Source: the human T2T-CHM13v2.0 reference genome, Homo sapiens
Direction: 5' to 3' (one strand)
NCBI RefSeq assembly: GCF_009914755.1
Contig: NC_060935.1
DNA length: 64,000 bases
Position numbers and translations under genes: made by a program. Below the pieces are notes generated by a model. It was not told where the DNA came from. It worked only from the letters and a program-made list of their open reading frames with translations, and made no database searches. Positions 27,977 to 41,245 of this stretch are shown here, piece after piece (position 1 is the stretch's first letter; every line of letters begins with the position of its first letter).

Positions 27977-28120
27977 AGATTACACAAGAAAAAGGTCCCA
28001 CCACTGAATTGCATAATGTACAACATTTTGATGCTGCACTAGTATTTCTTGAAAAACTGTCATCACTTTTTTCTGTCTTATTTTTTTCACAATGCAATGC
28101 ATGGAGGCCACACTGACAAT
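27977..28120 (-). other. Candidate 144-nt exon (unverified)
   Basis: Minus strand: gctaat branch-like motif, cttttcttttcttaatccag acceptor, CT|gtaagt donor; one frame open across the whole segment. Confidence 0.35.
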
Positions 28121-28269
28121 CTGGATTAAGAAAAGAAAAGTGACATTAGCTAGAAGGGGAATCATGAAAAGGGAAGGTAGAAACCAACATATCGTATATA
28201 GAATTCTTTGGGTGTCTTCCAAGTCATGGACCTGCTTTTTTGGAGAACTTAGTTATCCATATATCTTAT

Positions 28270-28570
28270 GTCCTTCTTCAACACTTTTGTGAAATGTCAT
28301 ATTGTCAAGAGGCCTTCCTGATATTTTTTATTAAAAATTTCATGTTATTGTTTTCCTTCTCTGCTTTCCTTTTCTCCACAGCAGTTATCTTCTAGCTTAT
28401 TATGCAAGTTACAAATGTATTTGGTTATTATCTGATCCCTCATATGAGGCTATAAGCTTTCTAAAGGCAGAGTTTTGCATATTTATATATGTTCCAGTCT
28501 TTAGTATAATGTCCCATCTACACAGTAAGACATCAACAAAGATCCAAAATTCCAGATATTGATTGAACTA
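28270..28570 (+). mobile_element. L2 3' region
   Basis: aaatgtcatattgtcaagaggccttcctga...ggctataagctttctaaaggcagag...cacagtaagacatcaacaaa. Confidence 0.6.
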
Positions 28571-29364
28571 CACCCCCTGTCACTGCATGTCACTGACCGT
28601 CTTGGCAGCTATATTTTTATTCATCAGACTGTTTTTTGTTGTCATAGCTGATTGGCTTAAGGCAGGGACATTGGTAAAGGTGACTCAAACATTTGTATTG
28701 ATTATAAAGTGGGATAAATATATATATCTTTAAAATCAGCACATGTAAATAAATAATTTTAAATCATACTAAAGAGAAATGAAAGAAAAATATAGGCTAT
28801 GAGAGACTATTGGTGGCGATACAATATACTTTGGGAAGGTTAAAGATCTTTTCAATATACTAACTTCAGTGGAGCCTTGAAAGGTAAGAGGACATTGGCT
28901 TTAGATGTTCTTACTTCTTAATCTTAGGTAATGACTCTTCAGTGTTTGGATGAGAGTACATGAGATCATCTGTGGGAGCCTGAATCAAAATTTTCTCATA
29001 GTACCATGAACCTTCCATAATAAAGTTAACCATAATAAACTTAGTACGGGAACATTTTTACAAGTGTTTATTCAACCAATGTCTTTATTCCCACTAGACA
29101 GTACGTTTTATATGACAAACAGCTCAATTCCTAAGGGCTTCCAGTTCCTGACTTCAGCTTTACTTGGGGACATGATTGCATGTCTACACTTGGGCTTTAG
29201 AATATAATTGTGCATTCTTATAAAGCATTTCCTGGTATTTTCCTTGGTGGTTTCTTCAATAAGCTAGCCTAAGTGGATTTCTGTTTTGTGCAAATAAGAC
29301 CATTCTGTAAGATGGTGTTTTGCCATACAAAGATAAGTCCACCTTTAGTAGTGCTGATGTGAAT

Positions 29365-29600
29365 GTTACCCGTCCCCTGGGCTTTGCAGACAAACAGACC
29401 AGATTTCAAATGTGTTCTATCATGTAAAAATTGTGTCACCTTGGGTAAGTCTTTAAACCACTCTGAGCCACAATGATCTAATCTTCAATAATGTGATAAT
29501 AAAGCCTACCTCCAGGGATGTTGTAAGATTAATTCCATGTTGTAAATTAAGTATCTACACTGTCTTAGCAAATAAATGAGGCTCATAAAATGGTTAATGA
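29365..29600 (+). mobile_element. MIR
   Basis: tgtgtcaccttgggtaagtctttaaaccactctgagcc...gataataaagcctacctccagggatgttgtaagattaa. Confidence 0.75.
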
Positions 29601-29920
29601 GATAACAAGATAATGGTTGATACATAATAAGGTAAGGACAGCAGTGTTGTTATTTACTACGTTCACTCAATGTTTATCTATTGATAACCTGTCAGGTACC
29701 AAGTGTGGATCTAGGTATACAGTGGACACAGTCACAGAGAGGACACTAGACTCTCACCAAGGAGAGAAGCAGTTGACTCCAAATGAGAATTATATGAGAT
29801 AGGGGTTGGAATCAGCTCTGTCTCCTGCTGTGAAATTGCTGGCATTTCTCTTCAGCTATCAGGGAGCAATGTCTCAATGTTCCTTGTCCTCTTATGATCC
29901 CATTTTATTCTGCAGTTTTT

Positions 29921-30225
29921 GGTTGTTGTTGTTGTTGTTTGTTTGTTTTGAGATGGAGTTTCACTCTTGTTGCCCAGGCTGGAGTGCAATGGCGCGATCT
30001 CGGAATCACCGCAAACTCTGCCTCCCGGGTTCAAGCATTTCTCAGCCTCCTGAGTAGCTGGGATTACAGGCATGCACCACCATGCCCAGCTAATTTTGTA
30101 TTTTTAGTGGAGATGGGGTTTCTTCATCTTGGTCAGGCTGGTCTCGAACTCCTGACCTCAGGTGGTCTGCCCGCCTCAGCCTCCCAAAGTGCTGGGATTA
30201 AAGGCGTAAGCCAACACACCCAGCC
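29921..30225 (-). mobile_element. Alu (AluSp-like) with (GTT)n tail
   Basis: gagtttcactcttgttgccc, ttggtcaggctggtctcgaac; TSD attctg(c/t)agttttt at 29907-29920 and 30226-30239. Confidence 0.95.
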
Positions 30226-30254
30226 ATTCTGTAGTTTTTTAAAGAAAGTAATTA

Positions 30255-30410
30255 GTTTTCTAATTGGCAAACATAATTGTATATATTTATTGTGTACAAT
30301 ATGTTGTTTTGAAACATGTATACATTGTGGGATGACTAGATTGAGCTAATTAATACATGTGGTACCTGACATGTCATTTTTTGTGTGTGGTAAAAACACT
30401 TAAAATCTAA
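30255..30410 (-). mobile_element. L1MA 3' end fragment
   Basis: ataattgtatatatttattgtgtacaatatgttgttttgaaacatgtatacattgtgg...aaacacttaaaatcta. Confidence 0.75.
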
Positions 30411-32999
30411 TAGTTTTAAAATAGATATTAGAATGGTTAGGTACAGGAAGCAAATACCTAAACAACGTTTCTAAAATTTTAGTTTAAAGGAGATATAGAT
30501 AGCAAATAGAGCAAGAAAAAAGTGGAAGATGTACCAAATGTTTTATGAATATATCGATCAGGTTATTTCCATTTTTTTTGGTAGAGAGAAGAAGAAAAAA
30601 TTATTTTAAAGTAAAATGGAACTTTTTAGGTCCAAAGAATACTTACATCTGCAAGAGGATGTTATAAAAGTGATTCCCTTTAGAATTCCTCTATCTGAGT
30701 ATGGATGTGGGGATTTTATTGGTTTGCTGAGTGAAATCTAGGCCTGAGGGACCCACTGAATTCAACACCTGTGAAGATGGAGCTGAGAGCCAGCCAGTAG
30801 GGTTCTCAGCCTCTCACTAATGCCAGCCAGCTGGGACTTCACACACAGAATGCAAAATGCCAACCTAATGCCCAAGGCAGAGACCTAAACACCAACCGCA
30901 ACATCTAAAACACTCGCTGAAACGACTGCTGCATATGGTACAGGAGGTTCTTTTCATCCTCAGTAGGATTAATGATCAGGGAAGATGTTATTTTGAGCAA
31001 GTTTTATAGTTAATTCAACCATCAGAAGTTAGATTCACAAGGGGGAGGAGTAAATAAAGTAACATAGCAACAACAGCAACAACAAAAATTTCTTTACTTA
31101 ATATGTATTTTAAACAAACTTCATTGTATGCACTGAGAATAGCAAGGCCCGCAAATCCAACCTATCAAGACCCAGGGTCACCAAGCTGTGATTCACATAC
31201 TTAGGAGCACAAAATCAAAGTAACAGATTGAGAGGGCTTCTTTCAGCCCACATTCTGCAACAAGAGGTAAAACAAAGCTGGCAAATGTTTTAGTAAAACA
31301 TTTTAGTAAAATCATCTTAGCATGGAATTTAAAAGAAAGCAACGAAGCTATGTACTGCTCAAGAGTTTATTTTCCATGAGATGAAAAATTGTTTCCAAAA
31401 TAAAATAAAATATTCCCAAAACACCCAAAAATGAAATAAAATAAAAATTTATTTTAAATTCACTGCAGTTATGCAGGATTTTTATAGGCCCACCTCTTTA
31501 AATGGATCTTTTGTAAGCTCACTTCAGCAAATCATTTGTAAAGTTTTAACGTGAAATGAGTCATATTTAATTGCCACTGTACATTGATTTTTTTAAAAAA
31601 AATCTTGTCTAAATACAACCCTCGGACTTAGAGGCACTCACTTTTGCATAAGAAGTGCTGCTTGCTAGATCACAAAGACATTAATTAAAAAATTAAAAAA
31701 CACTCACTTTATAGGAACGTTTCCCCAAAACTCTGAAACATAAGATTCTTAGTTTTTACACTGTTCACTTTCTAATTTAAAAATGTCATAGACAAGTATA
31801 TCTGAATTTGTGTCATTAAAAAAAATACAAGCAATTTCACAACATTACAAATTGCAGTTTACTTCTATTCAAGTTTTTCCAGCTGGGTATAATATATGCT
31901 TTTGACATGTCTCCTCTGCAAATGTAGAAGGTTTGGACACTACAATTTGTACATTTTTGACAAGTCTATTGGGAAGACAATATTTCCTTCAGTCCCATAG
32001 GCATGGACTTTGCAGCTTTGGCCCAAGTGACAACATATTAATGATTAATTACTTTACTACAACTTCACAAATGCCTAAATTTCTAATCAGAGTGTAAATG
32101 GTTATAGACCATGGTGGACTCTTTTATTTTTATAACTAAGACTTGCTGAGTTTAAAGGCTCTTGAGCATTTTAACCCTTTCGGATACAATCGTGGGTTTA
32201 ATTAACTCTTATTGAGCCAACAACTAATGGCCCGGTAATGTGCTAAAAGATGAATATGTAAGATAAATCAGACAAAGCCTATGGTTTGATGGCTTCAGAG
32301 AGATTCATAGAGAAATGTAAGAATATAATAAGTGCTAGGATAGAATATATCCAAAATGCTATAGAATATTGAGGCACAAATGGGTCAGAACAAAGATGCA
32401 TTGTAGATTGAGGCTCCCAACTGGACAACACGACCTGGGAAAATATTTGTTTTTCATTTATGCCTGACAGGTTCATAGAATTAAACAATTAGGTATGTAG
32501 GTAGATAGGGCGGGAGCGGCTATGGGATGAAAAAACATACAGCAGTGTATTTTAGAATCATGTCTGTAAATGTAAACATATATATTCAAAGAACTATGAT
32601 TGTGGCTTGTGGTTCATGAGATGAAATAAACAGGGGATTAAACAGACTTCTAAGACAGTTTTGCTGTTCAGGAAACTACCAGCCTGGACTAAGTAAAAAT
32701 ATCTGTGACTGAGACATTAAACAATCTGTAAAACCCAACTAGTAGGAGATAGGCTGAAGTAATGCTCATTCCCCAAAGAGGTTAAATTATTCAATGTCCA
32801 TTTCTGACATGGCCATGGAGGATAATGGTGAAGGAAGAACTCTCTGGACGGCAGCATCAAGGGTCCCAACCAGACAGCAATATAGGTGCCTAGTCCAAGG
32901 ACACTTGGGGACCTTGTAATCATTTGATGGGATTTCAAAAATCTCTGCCAGATAATGGGCATGTAGCAGAGAAGTACACAAACCTTCTCTAGATTGTTA

Positions 33000-33226
33000 C
33001 ACTTCTGCTGATAGCTGGAGACAGTTCCTTGCTTTTAAAAGCCTGTAAGATTAAGACTAGGTTGAACCTATTCAGATAATCCAGGATAATCTCTTTATTT
33101 TAAGGTTTGCAATCTTAATACATCAGCGAATTCTCTTTTGCCGCGTAACATAACTTGTTCACAGCTTCCAGAAATTAGGGCAGAGGCATATTTGGTGGGG
33201 AGGGGGAGACTCATTCAGCTAACACC
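33000..33226 (-). mobile_element. MLT1 (MaLR) LTR fragment
   Basis: gataatccaggataatctc...cttttgccgcgtaacataacttgttcacagcttccagaaattaggg. Confidence 0.75.
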
Positions 33227-33699
33227 CCAGTCATCCTGGACGTTCTACATGATGCTATGCCTGGATAGGAATTTTGGGTTGTCTTCCCTGGGGAGAGAGA
33301 GAATATATGTTGTTATCAGGAAGGGCAGTGAACTGAATGTTTGGTGATCAGAAAAGCATACTTTGTCATTAGGCCTAGTCTCCAAACATTGCTGACCTTC
33401 TGGCCACATGGTGGAATTGAATATCTGGCCCTGATACGACTGGTTAGAGCATATGCTCAATTTTAGCAGAGACTCCCCACAACAGATTAGTTTTAAGCCA
33501 GATAATTTGGGATTTTTTTTTAATTAGAGCAAGTTGAATAACCTAACAAATCATGGTTGTTAGAGTTGGTGTACAATTATTATTTGAAAACGGAGAATTA
33601 CTATGTCTGGTAATGGTGAGCTAGTTCTTCCTATGCATATTTCTGACATTTTTAATAAAAGAAAATATTCTTTAATAAATGAAGCAAAGACAACTAGGT

Positions 33700-34760
33700 T
33701 TCCTAATTATAAAGTCAAATAGCAATCTCTACCTCACACCCTACACTTGAAGCAATTTTATGTAGAGAGAGAGGACTACATTTCAAAGACAAAATAATAA
33801 AGCATTTGTAAGGTAATATAGGAAGGTGTCTTCTTGACCTCGGGGTAATGAATGATATCTTACCCAACAGGTACAAGAAACATTGACCACAACATAAAAT
33901 TAGATAAATGTTATAATTAAAATTACAAAGTTCTGTTTATAAAAAATATCATAAAGTGAGTAAAAATCAAGTGGTGAAATGAGAGAAGACATTTGCAATA
34001 CATATAATCAACAAGGAAATAATATGTAGAATATAAAATTTTTTCCCCAAAATTAATAAATTAAAAAACTCAATAGGAAATGAACAATAAATTTAATATA
34101 CACTTTCTAAATGAAAAAAAGTCCAAATAACCAATAAATGTATTGATATAGTTTGGATGTTTGTCCCCTGCCAAAATTTCATATTGCAATGTAACTCCCC
34201 ATGTTGGAAGTAGGGCCTGGAGGGGATGGTGATTCGATCATGGTGGCGGCTCACTCATGAACGGCCTGGCACCATCCCCTTGGTGATCAGTGAGTTCTCG
34301 CTCAGTTAGGTCATGCGAGAGCTGGTTACTCAAAGGAGCTTGGCTCCTACTCCTGTTGCTCTTACTTCCTCTCTCACAATGTGACACACCTGCTTCTGTT
34401 TTGCCTTCTGCCACAAGTTAAAGCTCCCCCAGTCCTCATCAGAAGCAAAGCGTACTCTGGAGACATATTTGTACAGCCTACAGAACCATGAGCCAATTAA
34501 ACCTTTTATTAAAATAAAATATCCAACCTCAGATATTTCTTTATGACAATGCAAAATGGACTAACACCTTATCAAAGATGCTCAAATAATTGGCCTTCAC
34601 AAAAATTTAAATGAAACCAAAAGTATATATCATTATCCCTTAACAAGACTATTAAGATTAAAAAGTTTAACAACAACAAGCTTTGTCAAATGGGAGGAAC
34701 AAGGATCATTCTCATTAATTACTGGGGGAAACGAAAATCATATAACCATTTTGTAAGAAT
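33700..34760 (+). mobile_element. Ancient L1ME ORF2 3' remnant, split by MSTB
   Basis: ctacctcacaccctacac, gagaagacatttgcaatacatatatc, aagatgctcaa...aacaacaagc...aaccattttg. Confidence 0.65.
34144..34567 (+). mobile_element. MSTB-like MaLR solo LTR
   Basis: tgatatagtttggatgtttgtcccc...cagcctacagaaccatgagccaattaaacct...gcaaaatggactaacac. Confidence 0.88.
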
Positions 34761-35439
34761 GAATTAAAAATGCTTAGCATGTAGTCTGGGAAAGAAAAGT
34801 TGCTAAATAGATGTTTGTTGTTGTGTCCGTAGTGGTGATGCTTGTGGTTGATATTATTTTACCTTCCCTGATCCTCCTGGGTAGAATTAGTCTTATTTAT
34901 TCATTCTGTATGCATTTATTAATTCCCTAATCTGTATCAGATACTGCGTTAGACTCTGAAGATACAGAGATGCATGAAAAATACTTATAGTTCATGTGCT
35001 CACGTTGTTATTTAATGGTATTTATAATTTCTTACTGAGTTTGATATTCTCCTATAATAAAAATGTTAATATCTATTGTCTATTGAATACTTAATATGTA
35101 CCAGGTGAACAGAGCCAGTGTTAGCAAAAATAAAACAAAACAAAGATTTGGGGGAAGTTTAAGAATTCTTATCAGATTTTTTCACATTCTCATAGTATTC
35201 TACTTTTAGATTTCATACATCTTTTCTTAGGAGTTCATTTCATATCCAGCAAGCATAGCAGAAATTAGGAGAATCAAAAAGGAGGAAATGCACTAATTCT
35301 AACATTCCTCTTCATCTTGTACAAAATGCTACTGTGTTATTAATCAGGATACTATATTTACCTCTGTAAGTGCCTCATTTATCATCAGGCAATGAATTTC
35401 AACATCCTACAAATTTTAATGAAGGGGAAAAAATAAAAC

Positions 35440-35570
35440 CCCAAATACTTTGGGACCACTTCTTCAATATCTTCATTTTACAAGTGAGAAAACCTGAAGT
35501 ACAAGGAGGTAGTGTGAAAGGTCCAAAGTCACATAGCTGGCAAGCAACTATGTTTAAACTCTTTACATTT
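35440..35570 (-). mobile_element. MIR fragment
   Basis: cttcattttacaagtgagaaaacctgaag...gtccaaagtcacatagctggcaag. Confidence 0.6.
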
Positions 35571-36394
35571 ATTTTATGTTAATTTTTGAAAAATTATAAG
35601 TTGTATCCTTATGGATGCCTTGAGATTCCTAAGATATCATCCAGTGGAACAAAATTTTCTCATGATAAAATCAAGTAACACATTGGTTTCTAAGCCATAT
35701 AGCTGATGGAGTTATTAAATATTAACTTTAAGGCTCTGTAGTCAGCCACTGTAACACACTTTTTGTTTTATTACCAACATATCATCTTGGAAGAGGAAAA
35801 ATAACTGGCAAACAGATTTCCAATATCCTTTCCTCAACAGCGGTAATTAGACTGAAGTGGCCTTTATAATTGAAATAGAGGTAGCATATTCCAAAAAGGT
35901 AAAGTCTTTGGTATTTTTGAGACCTAACCAAGATGGAAAATGAATCTTCTCTTTAACAGCTGGAGAGGAATGATGACAAAGTACAAATCAACACGCCATC
36001 CCTGATACTGGACAGAACTTGGATGCCATAAATACAGACACAAAATGAGCTTAATAACTTAGTTTTTAAGTTGAGGAAGCACAGATTTACTATTAGTAAA
36101 ATGCAACCGCTTTTGCCAAGGTCTAACATTTTGTGGCATACCACCAGGCTAGAGCTAGGTGGACATGAAAAGGTGAGCCTTGAACCGTTCAGCAGGTTCT
36201 AGGGATATTTGAATATTTAAGACAAAATATTGTATGATGACTGCACAATGATTATGTAAAGTTTCTCGAATAATTTTTATCTCTCACTTGCATGAAAATA
36301 CATATAGATTAACCAACATATAAACGTAGACACAGATTCACTTCCTGTTCTCATTGAACTGACCAACGCTTGGGAGTAGACAGACAGGCTACCA

Positions 36395-36620
36395 CGGGAG
36401 TCACGTGCTTAATCTCTACAACTAGGAAACCTGGTTTCAAACCCCAGCTTTCACTTCCAGCCATGAATATTTATCAAGTCACTTAATCTCTAGGTGCCTG
36501 AGTTAACTTTAAAATTTGGGATAATACAAGTAATTATCTTAAAATGTCATTTGAACTTCAATCATATAATTTATTTGATGTTTTTAGAATGGTCCTGGAA
36601 GATTGCTAAGTAAACCTGGT
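36395..36620 (+). mobile_element. MIR
   Basis: cctggtttcaaaccccagctttcactt...caagtcacttaatctctaggtgcctgag...gggataata. Confidence 0.65.
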
Positions 36621-37297
36621 ACCGTTCCCAACTAATACTCTCGTGCATGAAACAGAAATATTAATCAAGGAATTATTAGTAATATAAGAAGAAATATAAT
36701 ATGAGTAAGTTTTATCGTTTTAGCTTTTCATATCCATGTTCACAAAAATGTTTTATCTGTAGAGTCAAAGATTAAGATATTCAAAACACCATTATTAAAA
36801 TAATACAATATCCACTCATGATAACCCCTCTTGTCAGACATTCCAAGATTGAAATGGAGCTATAGTTAACAACCTCAAGCACATAACTTCTAAAGTTTTA
36901 CAGGTCAAGAAGCAGAAAGCCATGTCTTATAGATCTGATTCCCTGGTGCTTTTATATAGAAACACAGAAAAGAGTTGAACAGAGCAGAGACGACATCTGT
37001 TAGAATTTTGTTGGAGTGCGAGAAAACTTGAGAAACCAGAGAGAAATGTACTCCAGCTTCAAAGAACTACAGGAGTTTAAAGACATCTGGTTTTGCCATA
37101 TTTTTTATATGACTGTTAGTCATGGATTTAAACCGATAAACTCCCAGAGAGATTAAACAGCTTTACAGCCAGATGCTGTAGCCCAGTGTTTGGCATATAT
37201 GAACTTGATGAAGTTACCAACTTTGAAGTGAGCAGAGGAATTTGCAAGTGTTCCTTAGCACCCAGAGACAAAACCAGGGACAGTGTAAGCATATCAA

Positions 37298-37309
37298 TGT
37301 GTGTGCTTA

Positions 37310-37350
<41 letters not shown>
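37298..37350. repeat. (TG)n microsatellite
   Basis: About 13 perfect TG units at 37310-37336 with degenerate flanks. Confidence 0.95.
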
Positions 37351-38361
37351 CTGGAGTGGGGGAGTTAAATGTGTCTACTACCTACATAGTGGTCCGTATC
37401 CTTAGACTAGCCTGCAATAAAAACTTGTAGCTAAGGAAGGAGTCACAGGACAAAATTACACTTCCTGAGGAACAGAACATATACATACAAATATTGAGCA
37501 AGGTCAGGGCTTCCAACTCATATATCATGTTGCTTTGCTTATGATTTTTTCCTTCAAAAAGTACCTGTAACCACTGGATATACTTAAGTTATATTGATTG
37601 ATAGATCTTATTTCCAAAATAACATTTGAAAATCTTCACCATGTGTTTAATACTTCATAAATAGCACAGCATGAGAGAAGCTAATGAGAAGACACAAGAA
37701 TGAGAAATAAAAGAGGCTACTCAACTAATGGCTTTGGGGCTCGGGTTGATTATCTTTGAGGCCAGTAATGCTGCATTTAATTGAAAATTCTTAGTAGAGT
37801 CTCATGACACACAATGATTATCCACTAGTGGTTTTATCACTCTTGTCTGATATTTCTCCAACCATATAGTAGAAAAAAGATGCAGCTCATTATTTGATAA
37901 TGGTGATGACAATGGCATATACTATATAGTGTACATCCTTATGAAGAAAATGATTATTAGCACTTTCTGAGCTGTTGATTAATTTGTCATCAACAATATT
38001 TTCCCCACGCATGTGTGGGTTACTTGCCTATGTTTCAATGTTGGTGTACATTTCTTTACGTGTCACATACGTAATGTTTCTCTTAAGTTATACTCTGAGA
38101 TCAAATTTTGTTACATTTTGGGGAAGGTGGAAAATGAGGAATAGTAAGTTTGATTATTTTTAAATTCTTAGTTCTTATTCTTGTGATTTGAATCTACCTT
38201 TCTATCTTTTCTGCATTGAGGTAGCCTACAGACTGGAATATTACTATTTTTTCTTCTAAGCAAAATTCTAATAAAGGCTCTGGAGGAGAATGGAGAAATT
38301 ATAAAATAATCCAGAAGTTTTTTGAGAGGAAAGAAAACAAAAGAACAACAAATTGTTTAAA

Positions 38362-38573
38362 ATATAGTTCTCAACTAGGGACAGTTACACCTTTCAAATG
38401 ACTTTGTCATTATCTAGAAATATTTTTAGTTGATAAAATTGAGGGAGTGCTACTGGCATACAGTGGTAGAGGCCAGTGACAATTCTAAACCTCTTAAAGT
38501 GCAGAAGATAGATTATAAAAAGAAGGAATTACCCAGTACAAAATGTCAATACTACTGTGGTTGAGAAACTCTG
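38362..38573 (+). mobile_element. MER20 (hAT-Charlie)
   Basis: gttctcaactaggg...gtgctactggcatacagtggtagaggccag...aaaatgtcaatactactgtggttgagaaactctg. Confidence 0.8.
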
Positions 38574-40389
38574 CTGTAATGCAAATTTATGAAAATCTGA
38601 TGGAGTTGTTTAGACTTCTTATGACATATAATAAACTCAGTAAATAGCAAAGATGAACTTTTTGCTAATCTGGGCCTGTTAGGTTCTTGAGCATTATACT
38701 CTAAATTCACTTTCTAGGACATCAAACTTTAAAACTAGACATTCCACCATAAATTATATAAATTCAGATCATACACCAAGAAATGAATTGATGCAAGACA
38801 GATGAAGAAATTGATCTTTGAATCTTCTTTTGGTGTTTAATCGATTAACTTATTTCACTTGATTAACTTGAGTGCTTGATTTTTCTGGCAAGCAGTTCAT
38901 CATGGGAAGCCTTCAGGAATAATCACAGAAAATTATCATAATCATAATTGAAGTACCTGATCAAGAATTCTCATTTCCATGAACAATTAAATTATGACTT
39001 ATTGCTTTGTAGGCATATTAGATCCATGTTGGGTAATGTTAAAAGTATTTTATTAATACTGACTCTTACAAAAGATAGTGTTTGGGGTGTAGATGGTAAG
39101 TGTATTTCTGTGAGAAAGAACTATAATGGATGGGTAAACTTTAAAATATTGAAAGAAATATTTCTAGAATTATTGACCACAGATTGGATAGCTTTGTGGA
39201 GTAGTGAATGCATCATGATATGTATTGTTCAGTGACTGTATTGTCATACATCTTACTAGATGTCAGGTTTGCCTTACATAGCTAAAACGTCCCTTCCAAG
39301 TTGGAGTTAATGACTCTGATCACATTTCTTTATTGTGAAAGCACACACAAGTGAAGAGAAGACACAAAACTATGCTTATACTATAACTGTTTATAGATCC
39401 TCTGCTATACTTAGTTTAGTGGAATTCAAGAAAAGACTGATTTAAAGCTGAGATTCATACATATATGGAGTTAGAAGTAAAATATATGTGTGAGCATGTA
39501 TGTGTCTGTGTTTTCCATTGCTTTACTGACAGATATTTGGCAGGTACCAAAGCCATTGATTTATTTAAATATTATAGATGGATAATTAACCTTCAAACAA
39601 ATACCAAGGGAGGAAGTATGACTTAAAGTCATATTAAAGTAAAAATGACCAATGTCATAATCTTCTTTAAAAACTGATTTTGAAAGAAGAGGAGATAAAG
39701 TTATAAAGAGCAGAGTAACTTAAAGATGTTTGGAGGTGTATATGGAAGTTGGAGGTCAGTAGGAGATCCTAACACAAAGTTTGAGAAGGGCAACATCTTA
39801 CTGGGTCTAAGCAGTATTTACTCGGTCATTTTTATCAATTTAAATAAAACATACCAATTTAATTATAATATAAAATATAAAATTATTTTTTGAAGAACAT
39901 AGATTAATTAATTAGGCTTCGTCTAGGCCCAGAAAGCAGCTGTTTTAAACCCAATTATTTCTATAAAAAGCTTAAAATCCAAGTCTATTCCTATTGTGTG
40001 ATATCTACCTTCACCCAAATCATTCAAACTGAAATTAGTTTTTGCATTTTTGATAAATGCATCAAAGAACCTAAAGACTAAATTCAGAAGAGACAGAAAG
40101 CTGAAATTACTTTTATCTTTCAAAGCTGAAAGTCTTTTCTACTTCCTCCGGTTAGTTCTAAATAACTGGTTAGGAATATTGGAGAAGAAAAAAACCTGAG
40201 GTGTATTTTCATAATATTTTCTGATATCCCCTTCTTTCTGTTTGTGGGAATCACTGCTATATCTGATGGTTGTTAGTTTATCAGTCTTCATACTGTAAAC
40301 AATTAATTACAACAACTTGTTCTGAAGAATAAAGTTCAGTGTAGAGTAAAATATTTATTTAACACATTTTTATGTGTCAGTTGATACAT

Positions 40390-40578
40390 GCGTTGTGCTC
40401 AAATTGTGGTTGTGGGCCCGCAGTATCAACATCACCTGGGAATTTGTTGGAAATACAAATTCATGGGCCCCATCCCAGACCAATGAACTCAGAATCTCTG
40501 GGGGCAGAGCTGAGCAACCTGTGTTTTAATGAGTCCTGTGGATGACTTTGATGTGAACTGAAGTTTTGGAACTACTAT
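40390..40578. mobile_element. MER5A (hAT-Charlie)
   Basis: cagtatcaacatcacctgggaatttgttggaaatacaaattcatgggccccatcccagacc...tcagaatctctgggg...tgtgttttaa. Confidence 0.85.
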
Positions 40579-41021
40579 GCAATGCAGATTAATAAATGGC
40601 CTCTCAGACGTCTCACAGAGTTTATGAACTATTAAGACAGTAATTGTGAGAGCATGTATATTTCAGTGAAACCATGTACAAGATACAAGATTTACATAAA
40701 GGAAAAATAACCCTTTTTTGTGGGAAATCAAAAAATATTTCACGGAGGAGGCTATGCTTCAATTAAACCTGAGGGAGTAGGGAGTTTTAAGGAAAACAAG
40801 TGAAACAGGCGTTCTAGATGGAGAGAACGATCATCTGAGGATCTTAATCTAGACTGTAATCAGGCAAGGTTTTTGTGGTGGTTTATGTTTTAAATCTTCC
40901 AAAGAATCCTTTGTTCTTGAACTGGTTTTCAGAACTTTATGGTTAGGTCATTTCCCTGTTTAAATTGTGCCTGGGGAAAATCTGGAAAATTAAGCTGGGA
41001 AACTGGAATCCTAAGCTATAT

Positions 41022-41245
41022 AATATAGTGGTTAAAGATTTAAGTCAGAGAAAGGATTGGGCATAAATGTCAATTCTTGTGTACTTAGTTCTTAATACTT
41101 GGGTATAATTCATACTTATGTGTGCACACCCAGGTTGTTTCATTTCTGTGATTCAGTATTCTTATGTATAACTGAGATAATAACATCTGTATCACAGGGA
41201 TGTTGCTTGTTGGTGAGATTCATGAGATAATACGTGTAAAGTATC
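41022..41245 (+). mobile_element. MIR
   Basis: atatagtggttaaag...gataataacatctgtatcacagggatgttg...gagataatacgtgtaaagt. Confidence 0.7.

Noticed and set aside
29894-30349. Longest ORF in the track (151 aa)
   Set aside because: Antisense Alu plus L1 tail translation (AQAGVQWRDLG, SSWDYRH). The same applies to ORFs at 8268, 18550, 22859, 42473, 43188 and 51439
35965-36010. ATGATGA...CTGA resembling C/D snoRNA boxes
   Set aside because: Boxes span under 40 nt, too short, and there is no convincing terminal stem
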